A stretch of DNA of 61,413 nucleotides from a virus (IMGVR_UViG_3300005764_000019:1-61413), one strand, 5' to 3'. Positions 25,700 through 35,456 are shown, counted from the stretch's first letter. Numbers and translations: made by a program. Notes: a model not told the origin generated them from the sequence alone.

Positions 25700-26176
25700 T
25701 TAACCTCGCAGTTCCTTGACCAAGGCGATCACGGCAGCCGAGTCCACGTTGGCCACACCCTGGGTCTTGAGATGCTTCATGGCGATGCCGGTTGCCTGCC
25801 CCTCGCTTTTGGCCGACTTGATACTGTCGGCCACGACCCCCAGCAGGCCGCGAAGCTGGCCCTCCGACAACGTGGGCGGGAGGAGGCCCTGGAGGTAACC
25901 GCTTTCGGCCACCAACTGCTTGGCCTTCTCCACCTGGCTCTCCAGGCTGACGCCATGCTCGCCCATTTGCCGGACGGTTTCAGCATTCGCTTCCATGATC
26001 TTCTTGATGATGCCGATGATGCGCTGGTCGTCGGCAGCGTCGTTACTGGCGTGCCCCTGGCGGGCATCGGCGGTATCCACTTCGCCCAGGACCAGGCGCA
26101 ACAGGTTCTTGGCCAGGTCGTCCTTGGACTTCATGGCCTGGGTGAGCTTCGCTCGTAATTGTTCGCGTATTGCCAT
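25700..26176 (-). CDS. yqeY: GatB/YqeY domain protein
   Basis: L...LTQAMKSKD....LLRLVLGE...LLPPTLSE; AGGAGG SD. Confidence 0.8.
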   Translation of the reverse strand: MAIREQLRAKLTQAMKSKDDLAKNLLRLVLGEVDTADARQGHASNDAADDQRIIGIIKKIMEANAETVRQMGEHGVSLESQVEKAKQLVAESGYLQGLLPPTLSEGQLRGLLGVVADSIKSAKSEGQATGIAMKHLKTQGVANVDSAAVIALVKELRG

Positions 26177-26177
26177 G

Positions 26178-26954
26178 TTATTCCTCCTGGGGGCGAAGGT
26201 AGGGCCGGGCGATGTCATAGCACCGCCGGACCTTATTGAGATCGAACACCTTGTCGTCGTCGCTGCGGACCTTGGTTTCCAGGTCAATCCAGATAGTCGA
26301 GTCGCCCACGGCATCGTGGATTCTTTTCAATTCGTCGGCCAGGTTATCCGGCCCCAGCCCGCCGGCATAGCCGGTCAAGACTTCAGCATGGGGAATGGGA
26401 ATCCACTGGCGGGGGACGATGCCTTTGCCGCCACTGTGGTCGAACAGGGGGACCGCGTTGAGGCCACGGGCCATCGCGCCGCCGCCCCAACCCTCCCCCA
26501 TCTCGTCGTCCGATTCCTCGTCGCTGGCGGGCGAGTAGTAGAGGTAGTCGCTGGTGCCGTTCACCTGGAAGATGAACGTGGTCCGGTCGTGGCAGGCAGC
26601 CAATTCCCACCAGAACTGCTCCACCGGCTCCAGGGAGGACGCAGCGAAGTTCAGTTGTATCCGCTTCCACAGGCGGAAGTGGTCTGCACGTTCCGCCCGG
26701 TAGGTGAAGCTGCCGATGAGCAGGTCGCGGACCCAACGCCCGCACAGGTGGCCGCTCAACATGGGTAATTGTACTTCCGAAGCCGCCAGGTTGTCGAGCC
26801 ACTTCGGGCCGGGGAAACGGGGTGCGGCTCCTTCGCCCCGCTTGCTCAGCAGGATGCCCCACTCGATGCGGGGGCAGTCCTTCTGAACGGCAGCCAGTTG
26901 CTCTGGGGTCACGGACTCGTCCGCCCCGGTAAAGGTCACTCGGTCGATGAGCAT
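26178..26954 (-). CDS. TrpF-like TIM-barrel protein (phage type)
   Basis: LFDHSGGKG, GYAGGLGPDN, WIDLETKVR. Confidence 0.7.
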   Translation of the reverse strand: MLIDRVTFTGADESVTPEQLAAVQKDCPRIEWGILLSKRGEGAAPRFPGPKWLDNLAASEVQLPMLSGHLCGRWVRDLLIGSFTYRAERADHFRLWKRIQLNFAASSLEPVEQFWWELAACHDRTTFIFQVNGTSDYLYYSPASDEESDDEMGEGWGGGAMARGLNAVPLFDHSGGKGIVPRQWIPIPHAEVLTGYAGGLGPDNLADELKRIHDAVGDSTIWIDLETKVRSDDDKVFDLNKVRRCYDIARPYLRPQEE

Positions 26955-26966
26955 GTTATCTCCGGT

Positions 26967-27275
26967 TTACGGGTCCACGGTCATCCCCATGACGGCGGGG
27001 ATCGCCAGGCGAGCCACGATGGTGGCGTCCATCTCGTGGTCCTTGACGAAGTTTAGTACCTTCTGTTCGGTGGCCGGGCCGTGAAACTTGACCCATTCGT
27101 TGAGCATGGCGGTCAGCACAGCACCTTGCAGGCGGCGGGCGAAAAGCCACTGTAACGCAACGGCGAGGGCTTCCATCGGCGGGTTGTCACCGCGTTTTTT
27201 CTTCGCGGCCAGGATGCCTTCGACCACAACCAGGAGGGTCGGAGCTTGCTGTCCGCCGTTCACGGTTATATTCAT
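26967..27275 (-). CDS. hypothetical protein
   Basis: Operonic ORF. Confidence 0.65.
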   Translation of the reverse strand: MNITVNGGQQAPTLLVVVEGILAAKKKRGDNPPMEALAVALQWLFARRLQGAVLTAMLNEWVKFHGPATEQKVLNFVKDHEMDATIVARLAIPAVMGMTVDP

Positions 27276-27602
27276 TTAGGAAAAGTTTTGCTCGAAGACG
27301 CGGTACACTTCCGCATAGGCCACGCCCCATGAGGCATCATGCACCGTTTTTTCAAATTCCAAACAGTCGAGAACGTCGTGTCGGTGGTTCCACGCCCTGG
27401 CGTGCGCCCACTCGTGCATCAAGGCGTCGATACAACTATTTTCCGGCAACTCCCTGTTGATGCGGATGAAAAAACGACTGTCCTTCCGGTAACAGTCCCC
27501 GTCCTTATCTCTCAGTTTAACACGCCGGACACTCACCGGATAGGCCGGCGGGCACTGCTTGCGCAGGAGGCGAATGAGTTTTTTGTAATTATCGTAGACC
27601 AT
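27276..27602 (-). CDS. small zincin metallopeptidase (SprT/ImmA-like)
   Basis: LMHEWAH...HDASW. Confidence 0.7.
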   Translation of the reverse strand: MVYDNYKKLIRLLRKQCPPAYPVSVRRVKLRDKDGDCYRKDSRFFIRINRELPENSCIDALMHEWAHARAWNHRHDVLDCLEFEKTVHDASWGVAYAEVYRVFEQNFS

Positions 27603-27643
27603 AACACCCCCGAAACCCAATTATTTATGGAATTCCGGGGGAA

Positions 27644-28267
27644 TTATAGCTCGTAGTGCGCCCGGTTGGGAACGTCATGGACGACCGCCCGACGCAAACT
27701 GTTACGATACTTGGACTTGAGACGACCCAGGAAGGCGGTGAAGGGACCGATGTGGTCCGCCCGGTCTTCCCACAGGTCGATCTCCTCCAGGCCGTCATGG
27801 ACGAGGCGTTCCTCAATGATGCCGCACTTGATCTCGAAGGTATCGGAGCCGTTAATGCCCCGCATCCCCCGGAAATATTCCTCATCGAAGGAAATATCAA
27901 AGTGGGCGAGGATTTCCTGCACCCGCTTGCGGTTCTTGTGCGGACGGCCCGTCAGCAGGACGTTAAAAGCGTCCTGGTCGGCCCTGGCCTGGAGGTACTG
28001 CTCGTAGGTCCAGAGAATCAGTCGCTCGCGGGGCGGCGGGTCCGCGATGATGGGTGGCATCAACGTTTCGATGCGCCCCCACCAGCCGCCGAACGGCCAC
28101 GCCTTGCCGGTGCCTGCCAGGTATAGAACTTCACCCTCGGCACGGTCTGGAGAGTTATAGAGCGTACCGTCGAAGTCCCAAATTTTGAGTTTCTGCCTAC
28201 CGTTGCAGAAGGTGGGCTTGGGCAGGTCGAGCCACTTTTTCTTCAGGTCGGTAACTTTCATTTCCAT
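27644..28267 (-). CDS. HAD phosphatase, Swiss-army-knife RNA-repair-like
   Basis: WDFDGTLYNSP, WW, LLTGR, WEDR. Confidence 0.8.
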   Translation of the reverse strand: MEMKVTDLKKKWLDLPKPTFCNGRQKLKIWDFDGTLYNSPDRAEGEVLYLAGTGKAWPFGGWWGRIETLMPPIIADPPPRERLILWTYEQYLQARADQDAFNVLLTGRPHKNRKRVQEILAHFDISFDEEYFRGMRGINGSDTFEIKCGIIEERLVHDGLEEIDLWEDRADHIGPFTAFLGRLKSKYRNSLRRAVVHDVPNRAHYEL

Positions 28268-28644
28268 CCGATTTCCGGGGCAAAAATCTGGTCTAAATCA
28301 AGCTCCCGCTCGACCTTGACCTTCTTGAGCAATGGCTCGCCGTCGTAGCCGATGCCGACTTCCTGGCCGGTGACGATATAAATGGGGTCGATGTCCTTGC
28401 CCCAATCATCGCGGTCACGTTTCATGCGGGCGAGCAGGCCCGACAGGGTGTCACGCTGGCGGTCGTCGGGGTCGTTATGGAAAACGACACGAAACCTGTT
28501 GCCTTCGGGCACCGCCTCGAAGACGCTGACGCCCGCCTCCTGCCGGCCCTGAGCATAGTTTAGAGAATATTCCTGCGGACGCCAAGTGCCGATTCGCAGG
28601 AACACCCTACCTGCTGCTTCCATGAAAATCCTGAACCCGTGCAT
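28258..28644 (-). CDS. hypothetical protein with a late-type box
   Basis: TATATA 5 nt upstream of MHGFRIFME; EAGVSVFE...GYDGEPLL. Confidence 0.7.
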   Translation of the reverse strand: MHGFRIFMEAAGRVFLRIGTWRPQEYSLNYAQGRQEAGVSVFEAVPEGNRFRVVFHNDPDDRQRDTLSGLLARMKRDRDDWGKDIDPIYIVTGQEVGIGYDGEPLLKKVKVERELDLDQIFAPEIGWK

Positions 28645-28657
28645 GGAGTTATATAGT

Positions 28658-29284
28658 TCATGACTCGCTGTAAACGTCGATGGGCAGACCTTCAAATGCC
28701 AATTCCGCCAGCCGCAGTTCGCGGAGCAGCCGCTCCAGCCGCTCGTGGGTCAAGTGCTTGAAATAAATCCGGTCATCACCCTTTTCAATTTCGACGCCGC
28801 TCAGGTCAAAACGCTGGAGGCAGTGGTAGATGTGGTCCACGATGGCCTGCTTCTTCTCGTCGGTCAGGACATCGTATTCCTCGATGTAGCCGTAGGTTTC
28901 CTGAACGTCCCCCTCTGGAACGCAGCCGTCGTCCCAGAAGTCGTCCCAGATATTAAAGGGGATGCGGGCCAGTGCTTGCATGGTGTTCACGATTGCTCGT
29001 GCCTCCTGAATGCTGATGATCGGCTTCCGGTAAGGTGCTTCCAGAAAATAGTGGTCGTCCTCGTGTTTGGTCCACTGTTTTTCGCGTTCGCGGTGGTAGC
29101 CGGCCTCGTTTTCTTCCTGGCGTTGTTCCTTGTCCTTGCGGGCGCTTTTGCGGAGGGGCTGTTCCGGCTTTTCCTTGGGCTGGGCGTTCTCCAGCCAGCG
29201 CTCCTCGCTCCGCGCCCGACTCAGCTTTCGTCGGCGGTATTTGGAGATGGTGGACTTGGGCCGGGAGTAGAATTCCCATCGCAT
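28658..29284 (-). CDS. hypothetical protein
   Basis: Operonic ORF. Confidence 0.7.
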   Translation of the reverse strand: MRWEFYSRPKSTISKYRRRKLSRARSEERWLENAQPKEKPEQPLRKSARKDKEQRQEENEAGYHREREKQWTKHEDDHYFLEAPYRKPIISIQEARAIVNTMQALARIPFNIWDDFWDDGCVPEGDVQETYGYIEEYDVLTDEKKQAIVDHIYHCLQRFDLSGVEIEKGDDRIYFKHLTHERLERLLRELRLAELAFEGLPIDVYSES

Positions 29285-29919
29285 GACAGCACCGCTTCAA
29301 ATAACGTGTAGTTCCTGCTTCCTTTTCCTGGTATGGCGAAGACCACTTCACGAAACACGCCGCGAAATTCGTTCGCCAAATACCCGTTGAACTGGCCGGC
29401 GATCTCCACGGGATCGTTGTTGAAAACGCCGCATCCCCACGCCCCCAGGATTAAAACCTCATGCCCTTCCTCGGCGGCAATCTCCAAAATGCGTTTGATC
29501 TTGGCTCGCACCAATCCCGCCTGATGCGGTTGCGGGTTCACCACCGCCGGCAGCGTTATAACGGATGCCACAAACGGGTCGTGGGCCACCAGATGACTGT
29601 CCCGCTCCACCTGGCACTGACAATAAATCGCCGCAAGTCCTTCCAGGGGATAATGTTGCCGCACCTGTTTGGTGTCCATTATATCCGGCAAGTTCGAGCG
29701 CCGGAACAGGTCTTCCTCCTGGGTTTTGATCGGCATGGGCACATGCTGGACGCTTTTATAGCCACCGCCGGGGCGTTTGTGGGACGCGAAGTTCAGGCAG
29801 CAGGCGTTGTCGTAACGGCTGGCTGCCCCGAAGGTATCTTCGTCCGTGACGCTAATGACGGTGGTGAAGCGGTCGCGCACGACCGGGTTAAACGCATGAT
29901 GTTCTTTGTATACTTTCAT
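29221..29919 (-). CDS. bacterial-type poly(ADP-ribose) glycohydrolase (TIGR02452/DUF2263)
   Basis: LNFAS..RPGGG, QEEDLFRRS, LILGAWGCGVF.NDP. Confidence 0.85.
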   Translation of the reverse strand: MKVYKEHHAFNPVVRDRFTTVISVTDEDTFGAASRYDNACCLNFASHKRPGGGYKSVQHVPMPIKTQEEDLFRRSNLPDIMDTKQVRQHYPLEGLAAIYCQCQVERDSHLVAHDPFVASVITLPAVVNPQPHQAGLVRAKIKRILEIAAEEGHEVLILGAWGCGVFNNDPVEIAGQFNGYLANEFRGVFREVVFAIPGKGSRNYTLFEAVLSCDGNSTPGPSPPSPNTADES

Positions 29920-30179
29920 TTTCTCCCCTTCACGGGCACCCAATTGGTGTCCTCTGGGTATACGGACAAGAAATGCCACTCCCAGGTTCCGTCTTTTTTA
30001 CGCAACTTGACCGTGTACCAGGCGTTACCGTCTTGGTCCACGTTGGCGATCCTGACGGGGCGTTTGCGGGCGATGATCTTTCGGTAGGTCCGCACTGTCT
30101 CCTTAGCAATATAATAGCGGGGGTCGCCCTCGCCCGGCACCGCGACAATGCGGATTTTATCACCGACTTTCAATCCCAC
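29916..30179 (-). CDS. small SH3-like hypothetical protein
   Basis: LKVGDKIRIV...; 3' part of ORF 29916..30725; start uncertain. Confidence 0.6.
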   Translation of the reverse strand: MGLKVGDKIRIVAVPGEGDPRYYIAKETVRTYRKIIARKRPVRIANVDQDGNAWYTVKLRKKDGTWEWHFLSVYPEDTNWVPVKGRK

Positions 30180-30465
30180 GGATGTCCTTCCAGTATTCAT
30201 CGGCCACGTCGGCGTCGATACTGACGGGGCCTGGCTCGGCGTAGTGGCGGTCTTGGCCGTTCTTCTTGCAGCCGCTAATCCAATACTCGTGGGCGGTCTG
30301 CGGGTCGTAGAAGTTCCCGCAGATGCCGCCTCTGACCAGCCGGCGCAAGGTTCGGTCCTTGTAGTATGCGGTGTTGCCGGTACGGGAGAAGCGGACCCTG
30401 CCGATCCAGGCTTCTCCCGTTTCCTTGTCCTCCACATACATGATGCGGGTCTGCTTACCGGCCAT
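30160..30465 (-). CDS. conserved hypothetical protein
   Basis: RIMYVE...IGRVRFSRTG...EYWISGCKKNGQDRH. Confidence 0.75.
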   Translation of the reverse strand: MAGKQTRIMYVEDKETGEAWIGRVRFSRTGNTAYYKDRTLRRLVRGGICGNFYDPQTAHEYWISGCKKNGQDRHYAEPGPVSIDADVADEYWKDIRGIESR

Positions 30466-30910
30466 CGTCCGCCTTCTTCGTAATTTGCAAAATGCGCCGG
30501 GGCACCTGCTTGATCTGGTTCACCGGCTGCATCATGAAGTTCAGCAGCAAGTCCACGGTGGCGGTGCCGTCGTCCACGACGCCGGCATCCAAAGTTTCCC
30601 CCGCCTGCACGGAAACTTCCGTCTCGTCGGGGGTCTTCAGGCTCCACTCCTCCTTGAAGGTCACGTCGGCGGGGTAGTAGTCCACCGGCAGCACGCGGAC
30701 CTTCTTCTTGGGGATGTCGTACCACTCCAGCCCGGTTTCCTGGTCCAGAATGTGCATCCGCAACTCGCCGTCACCCTGGTCTTGGACCTCCGCGTAGAAC
30801 GTGTCGCCCCGCCAGAACATCATGATGGGGCTGTCTTCGTCGTGGACGGTGGTTTGGTCCTCGTGGTCCTCAAGGAAGGTAACGCGGACTTCCTGCCATT
30901 CCTCGGTCAT
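30455..30910 (-). CDS. acidic hypothetical protein
   Basis: Operonic ORF. Confidence 0.7.
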   Translation of the reverse strand: MTEEWQEVRVTFLEDHEDQTTVHDEDSPIMMFWRGDTFYAEVQDQGDGELRMHILDQETGLEWYDIPKKKVRVLPVDYYPADVTFKEEWSLKTPDETEVSVQAGETLDAGVVDDGTATVDLLLNFMMQPVNQIKQVPRRILQITKKADDGR

Positions 30911-31629
30911 CGTCGCATCTCCAGGGTGTTCTTAGTGATAACGTCTTCGTTCCACTTGCATCCCTGCGTAAAGTCGGCCCGCACCATTTTGAAACGGTGC
31001 AAGACGCGGCGCTCGTCGCACACTTTGACGTACACGCCCTCCCGGCGGTCCTTGCTGGAGAAGGGGGACGGTTCGTTGCAGAAGCCTTCCAACTGCGCCC
31101 AGCCCTCCACAGGGCCGTCGTGCAGCAGGGTCGGTACGCAGAAACCAGCTTCCAATAATATCTGGCGGGTTTTTCCCGTATTCAGGTACTCGCCCGCCTC
31201 CGGGTCGTATATATCATAAGCGAGGAAAAGGTCCGGCAGGCGGTCGTACTCGACGCCGTGCAGGGCGTACATCCACTCGCCATATATCCCGACCGACCCT
31301 CCCATCATACTGTTGACCGCCTGGAACCTGTTCTTGTTTTCGTAGAAAAAATTCCAGATCGGTCGGAACTGAATCTTCGCCGGGGTGTCCTTGAGGTAAC
31401 CCTTGCTGAGAATGTGCGTTCGGTTCCGAATGACCGGAAAACCATCCCGCAGCATCAAAGCACAGTTGGCCCCGTCAACCTTCTCCTCGACGTAAACTTC
31501 TAGCTCGTTGAAGATTACGGCGCACTCGGCCTCGGTAGCCACCAGATCGTCGCGTACCGCGTTCGGCTTCCACGGCAGGTGCCGGGTGCGTGGGAATTCG
31601 GGCAGCATGGCCTTGTCGGACTTCGGCAT
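30907..31629 (-). CDS. ATP-dependent RNA ligase family protein
   Basis: EEKVDGAN (motif I), YGEW, FLAYDI, REGVYVK, FK. Confidence 0.85.
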   Translation of the reverse strand: MPKSDKAMLPEFPRTRHLPWKPNAVRDDLVATEAECAVIFNELEVYVEEKVDGANCALMLRDGFPVIRNRTHILSKGYLKDTPAKIQFRPIWNFFYENKNRFQAVNSMMGGSVGIYGEWMYALHGVEYDRLPDLFLAYDIYDPEAGEYLNTGKTRQILLEAGFCVPTLLHDGPVEGWAQLEGFCNEPSPFSSKDRREGVYVKVCDERRVLHRFKMVRADFTQGCKWNEDVITKNTLEMRR

Positions 31630-31649
31630 TGACGGAACCTCCTGGCCGT

Positions 31650-31678
31650 ACTATACTAGAGATTAGGACAGTTGTAAA
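31650..31678 (-). promoter_or_regulatory. sigma70-type promoter of the minus-strand block
   Basis: TTTACA-17 nt-TATAGT, then an AGGAGG SD. Confidence 0.75.
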
Positions 31679-31713
31679 GGTAAACTGCCCGGCGAGAAAA
31701 ATGGAAAACGGCG

Positions 31714-31742
31714 TTGACAGATTGGCCGGGCGGGAGTAAAAG
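31714..31742 (+). promoter_or_regulatory. sigma70-type promoter for the large ncRNA
   Basis: TTGACA-17 nt-TAAAAG with an A-rich upstream tract. Confidence 0.6.
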
Positions 31743-31748
31743 AAGATC

Positions 31749-32650
31749 AGCAACGGCGAGAGCCTTGCTCTTTGACAACCGGGCAAAGGAGTCCGCCCGC
31801 TCTTCGGAAGGGGAGCGGGGCATCGAGAAGGCTGTGGGCAATCGGACGGGCAAAACCCGCCGAGACGAAAGCTAAGACCGAGGGCAGGGGCGTGGCAACA
31901 CGCACGGGGAGGGGAAACCACCAGCAATGGCGGGGGAGCCAAACCGGAAACCACAGCAGGCGTTCGACAGTAGGATGGGGTGAATAACCTGGCGGTTCAG
32001 AAATGGGTCGCCAGCGAATAAGCCCAAGGCGGTCACCAGAAACGATCTTGGGAACGCACCACCGCAAGTGGGCCTGGGTCGGGATGATCGCAGTCCTAGT
32101 GGCACCGAGGGGTAAACGGCGGGAGTAGCAGTGCCTTGCCGGAAAAGCCCTCCGCTCAACAACGGAGCATCGCTGGCGAGCGAGGATGTCGGTGCTGAGC
32201 CTGGCGGCTACTCAAGAGCCGCCCGTGAAACGACGCAGACCCTCCTGCGACAACATGAGGGAGGATCGTGGTAAAGACGGCAGTAAGTGCTAAACTGAAC
32301 TACCGTAAGGCAAGGTAGTCGGTTCGCTATGGGAGGCGGTTACTCTCACTTTATCCTGCTGCAAAGCAGGACAGCGTGGAAGGCAAAACCACCGAAGTGG
32401 AAACCGGCGATCAAACCCCAAGGCAGTGAGAAGGTGCAAGCTGTCGAAGACCACGCACTGTCACGCCACAAGGTCGGCGGCGGGTCCAAAGGGCCTGGAG
32501 GCAGACATACCTTGTGGAAAGCTGCAAGTAAACGGTGACGGACTCGACCGGCACGTTTCATACCTCTGCCTAGCAAGTGTGGAACGCGAAAACTGATCTG
32601 CTGGGAAGACCCCGGCGGTGTTAGAAATAACGCCGCCGGGGTTTTCTTTT
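31749..32650 (+). ncRNA. large structured non-coding RNA (GOLLD/ROOL-class candidate)
   Basis: ~900 nt with no credible ORF in a gene-dense genome; purine-rich; many short stems with GNRA loops; promoter, boxA and terminator. Confidence 0.7.
31755..31777 (+). promoter_or_regulatory. rrn-like boxB/boxA antitermination element
   Basis: GGC-GAGA-GCC hairpin then TGCTCTTTGACA. Confidence 0.65.
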
Positions 32651-32651
32651 T
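32605..32651 (+). terminator. intrinsic terminator
   Basis: GAAGACCCCGGCGGTGTTA-GAAA-TAACGCCGCCGGGGTTTTC then TTTTT. Confidence 0.85.
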
Positions 32652-32678
32652 GCGCATCTCCAGCTAAATACCGCTAAG

Positions 32679-35456
32679 ATGAATCTGTCGTTCAGAATGT
32701 GGATGCTGGAAGATGAAAATGGCCTGCATGAAATGGCGTCCTTTCACTTCGGCCAACACCGGGACAAACAACACACCGAAATCCCATCGGGCTATCTCGA
32801 TTGGATGCGAAAACAGATACGCGCAGGCAAGTCCAGGGGATTTGACGTGCGCGAGCGTGGACGGGCGCTAGGCAATGCCGATCTCCTGCGCCTTATTGAC
32901 CAGGAGCTTGATCGCCGGGGCTACGCCTCCGAAGAAGAACCGCCCGCCCGCCCAGCACCGCCTCCTCCCCGCCCGGCAGCCCCACCACCACCGCCACCAG
33001 CCCGTGCCCTCCCGTCCGCATCGCAGGCCCCGGCGGAAAAGTGGTGGACCCTCGCTAAAGTCATCGGCACCAATGCCTACGGGCTTCAGGCCGACCAAGA
33101 TGTGGCGCTCTCGAAAAATAAGGAAGGCAATTGGGAGTTCGTCACCCTGGACGCGGAGCGTCACTCCGGCGTAATCCCAGCCGCCAGCGTCAAGTCAGTA
33201 GTCCGCTCCATCAAGGGCGAAAATGACCAGCCCATCCAATCGCAAGACCTGGCCGACCTGTTTCAACGGGTAGCGCCTGAAGACGCCCCCGAAGAAGAAA
33301 CACCGGGAGAAGAGCCGGCGGCTGGGGAGGCCAGCCCCAAGAAGAACCCGCACATCCTCTCGGACGAGATGCTTGACTCCGGCACCGCTCCGGGCGAAAA
33401 AAGTGAACAGCGTCAGATTGACGAGAAGTTCAAGGAGATCATGGAGGGTGGCCGGCAGAATCACATCATGATTAACGCCCTGGCGGGGGCTGGCAAGACG
33501 ACGATGTTGAAGCACCTAGCCTGGAAGTACGGAAAGCCCGGCCAGAAGTGGCTGTATCTGGTCTTCAACACCAAGAATAAGGTCGAGGCCAAGGAGAAGT
33601 TCCCGCCGTGGGTGGAAGTGGCAACGACCAACGGCTTCCTGGGCAATATGTTGAAGTCGCAGGAAAATAAAAGTCGCATCCGCCAGACCGACCGCACTGC
33701 CGACATCAGCAAAAATCATCCCGGCGAGAAGGGCCAGATGGAGAAGGCCCGCATCCTGGTCAGTTTCTCGCCGCAGTTCAACCAACTGGTGCAAAGCCTC
33801 GGCTTGCCGTCCAAGGACGCGGCCAAGATGGTTCCTGCCAGCGACAGCATCAAGAAGACGCTCGGCAGCCTGCTCAATTCCATGCAGTATCACTTCAAGG
33901 AACAAGTGCTGACCCTTACCGGCCTGGCCAAGTCGTTCTCGCTGGACCCCCGCAACCAGGCCGAAGTGTTGCCCAAGTTGAAGTGGGTCATGGAGAAGTA
34001 TGACTTCGACACCGCCTTGAGCGAGGTCAAGGATCGCATCGAAAAATACGCCACCAACAGCCCCAGCTACCATGCCACGATCACCGGCCATCTGAGGCGG
34101 ATACTCGGCTACGATTTCATGCAGAAGGATTATAAAGACGAGATCATGCAGGCGACGGCGTGGATGATGAATGAAACCATGCCACACGCCTCGCAATACA
34201 CCTACAAGAAGGACGATTTCGAGTACCCGATGGGCCGGTTCCGCGACTTCAACGACGACCTGTGGTTCGCCGCCGTCCACGCCGATGAACTGCACTGGCC
34301 TCACTTTGACGTGGTGTTGGCCGATGAAGTGCAGGACTTTAACGACAATCAGAAAATAGCCATCAAGAAACTGCACGAGGCCGGCGCGAAGATCGTGGCC
34401 GTTGGCGACCCCAACCAAGCTATATATCGGTTCAGGGGCGCGGACGGGGACGCCTTCAATAATCTGGCCACGCAGTTGGGAGACTTGTCAGCCGACAAGG
34501 AAGGATGGAAACCCTTCACGCTCTCCAAGAACTACCGCTCCCGCAAGGCGATCTTGGACTTCGCCAACGAAAATACCCACGTCAATAATTTGAAGCAAGG
34601 CAAGGTATTCAAAGACGGCCACGACGGCACCGTGACGAGCGGCGACGTGGAATACGACGACGTGTTCGGCCAGTTAAAGGAAGAATGGCGGAATGCACGG
34701 GCCGACAAACTCAGGGGCCGCGATACTAAGGTCAAGCCCACAGCCTTCATTGCCCGCACCAACGAACCACTGGTGAATGCGGCCTTGAAGTTGTTGGCTA
34801 ACGCGGTGCCCTTTATCATCGTCGGCAAGGACGTGGCCAAGGATTTGCTGTCGCACATCGACCGCGTGGTGCGCATCACCGGCCTGGGGGACTTCGCCCC
34901 GGTGGCGGACCTTCAGGAGAAGCTGAACGAGCATCTGGAAAAGGAGATGGATCAGCACGGCGGTGTTCCGGCTAAGCGGGCGCAAATGCAAGAATTGCAG
35001 GAGACGACCCAGGCTTTGTTGAACTGCATCAGCATGTTCGCCCCGGAAATGGCCGAAGATTATCCGGGCGACGAGCCTGCATACGGACGTGGCCGCAAGC
35101 CGGCGGGCAAGAATATCAGCCAGTTCAAAGCCTGGCTCAAGGCGAACCTTTCGGGCCTGGACGTGGCCGAGAAGGAAAAAGACCTGATGGAGTATCGCCG
35201 CAAGGTCGAACAGGAAAACCCCGTCATCCTGACCACGGCGCACAAATCCAAGGGACTGGAGTTCGAGCGGGTGTACATCCTGCGCAACGACCAGTTCCCG
35301 CACCCCAAGGCCAAGCGACCGGAAGACCTGGCCCAAGAGGACAACGCCAAGTATGTGGCGTACACGCGGGCGATGGATGAGCTTCATATCCTGAAGCTGG
35401 AGGGTCAGCCTGGTTATAAATCGCCAAGTGCTGGGGGCAGGCGAGTGGAATTCTAA
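32679..35456 (+). CDS. UvrD/Rep-type SF1 helicase with N-terminal extension
   Basis: ALAGAGKTT, DEVQD, VGDPNQAIYRFRGA, NYRS, TAHKSKGLEF, YVAYTRA; N-terminal FGQH...IPSGYLDW (DUF3820-like). Confidence 0.92.
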   Translation: MNLSFRMWMLEDENGLHEMASFHFGQHRDKQHTEIPSGYLDWMRKQIRAGKSRGFDVRERGRALGNADLLRLIDQELDRRGYASEEEPPARPAPPPPRPAAPPPPPPARALPSASQAPAEKWWTLAKVIGTNAYGLQADQDVALSKNKEGNWEFVTLDAERHSGVIPAASVKSVVRSIKGENDQPIQSQDLADLFQRVAPEDAPEEETPGEEPAAGEASPKKNPHILSDEMLDSGTAPGEKSEQRQIDEKFKEIMEGGRQNHIMINALAGAGKTTMLKHLAWKYGKPGQKWLYLVFNTKNKVEAKEKFPPWVEVATTNGFLGNMLKSQENKSRIRQTDRTADISKNHPGEKGQMEKARILVSFSPQFNQLVQSLGLPSKDAAKMVPASDSIKKTLGSLLNSMQYHFKEQVLTLTGLAKSFSLDPRNQAEVLPKLKWVMEKYDFDTALSEVKDRIEKYATNSPSYHATITGHLRRILGYDFMQKDYKDEIMQATAWMMNETMPHASQYTYKKDDFEYPMGRFRDFNDDLWFAAVHADELHWPHFDVVLADEVQDFNDNQKIAIKKLHEAGAKIVAVGDPNQAIYRFRGADGDAFNNLATQLGDLSADKEGWKPFTLSKNYRSRKAILDFANENTHVNNLKQGKVFKDGHDGTVTSGDVEYDDVFGQLKEEWRNARADKLRGRDTKVKPTAFIARTNEPLVNAALKLLANAVPFIIVGKDVAKDLLSHIDRVVRITGLGDFAPVADLQEKLNEHLEKEMDQHGGVPAKRAQMQELQETTQALLNCISMFAPEMAEDYPGDEPAYGRGRKPAGKNISQFKAWLKANLSGLDVAEKEKDLMEYRRKVEQENPVILTTAHKSKGLEFERVYILRNDQFPHPKAKRPEDLAQEDNAKYVAYTRAMDELHILKLEGQPGYKSPSAGGRRVEF

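Noticed and set aside
31749-32650. Group I/II intron, rRNA fragment or RNase P RNA
   Set aside because: No interrupted gene, and I could not recognise domain V, P7 or RNase P P4 consensus by eye; a covariance search is still needed.
31475-32657. Short ORFs in the ncRNA region
   Set aside because: No SD, atypical composition and mutual overlap; the RNA-gene signals explain the region better.
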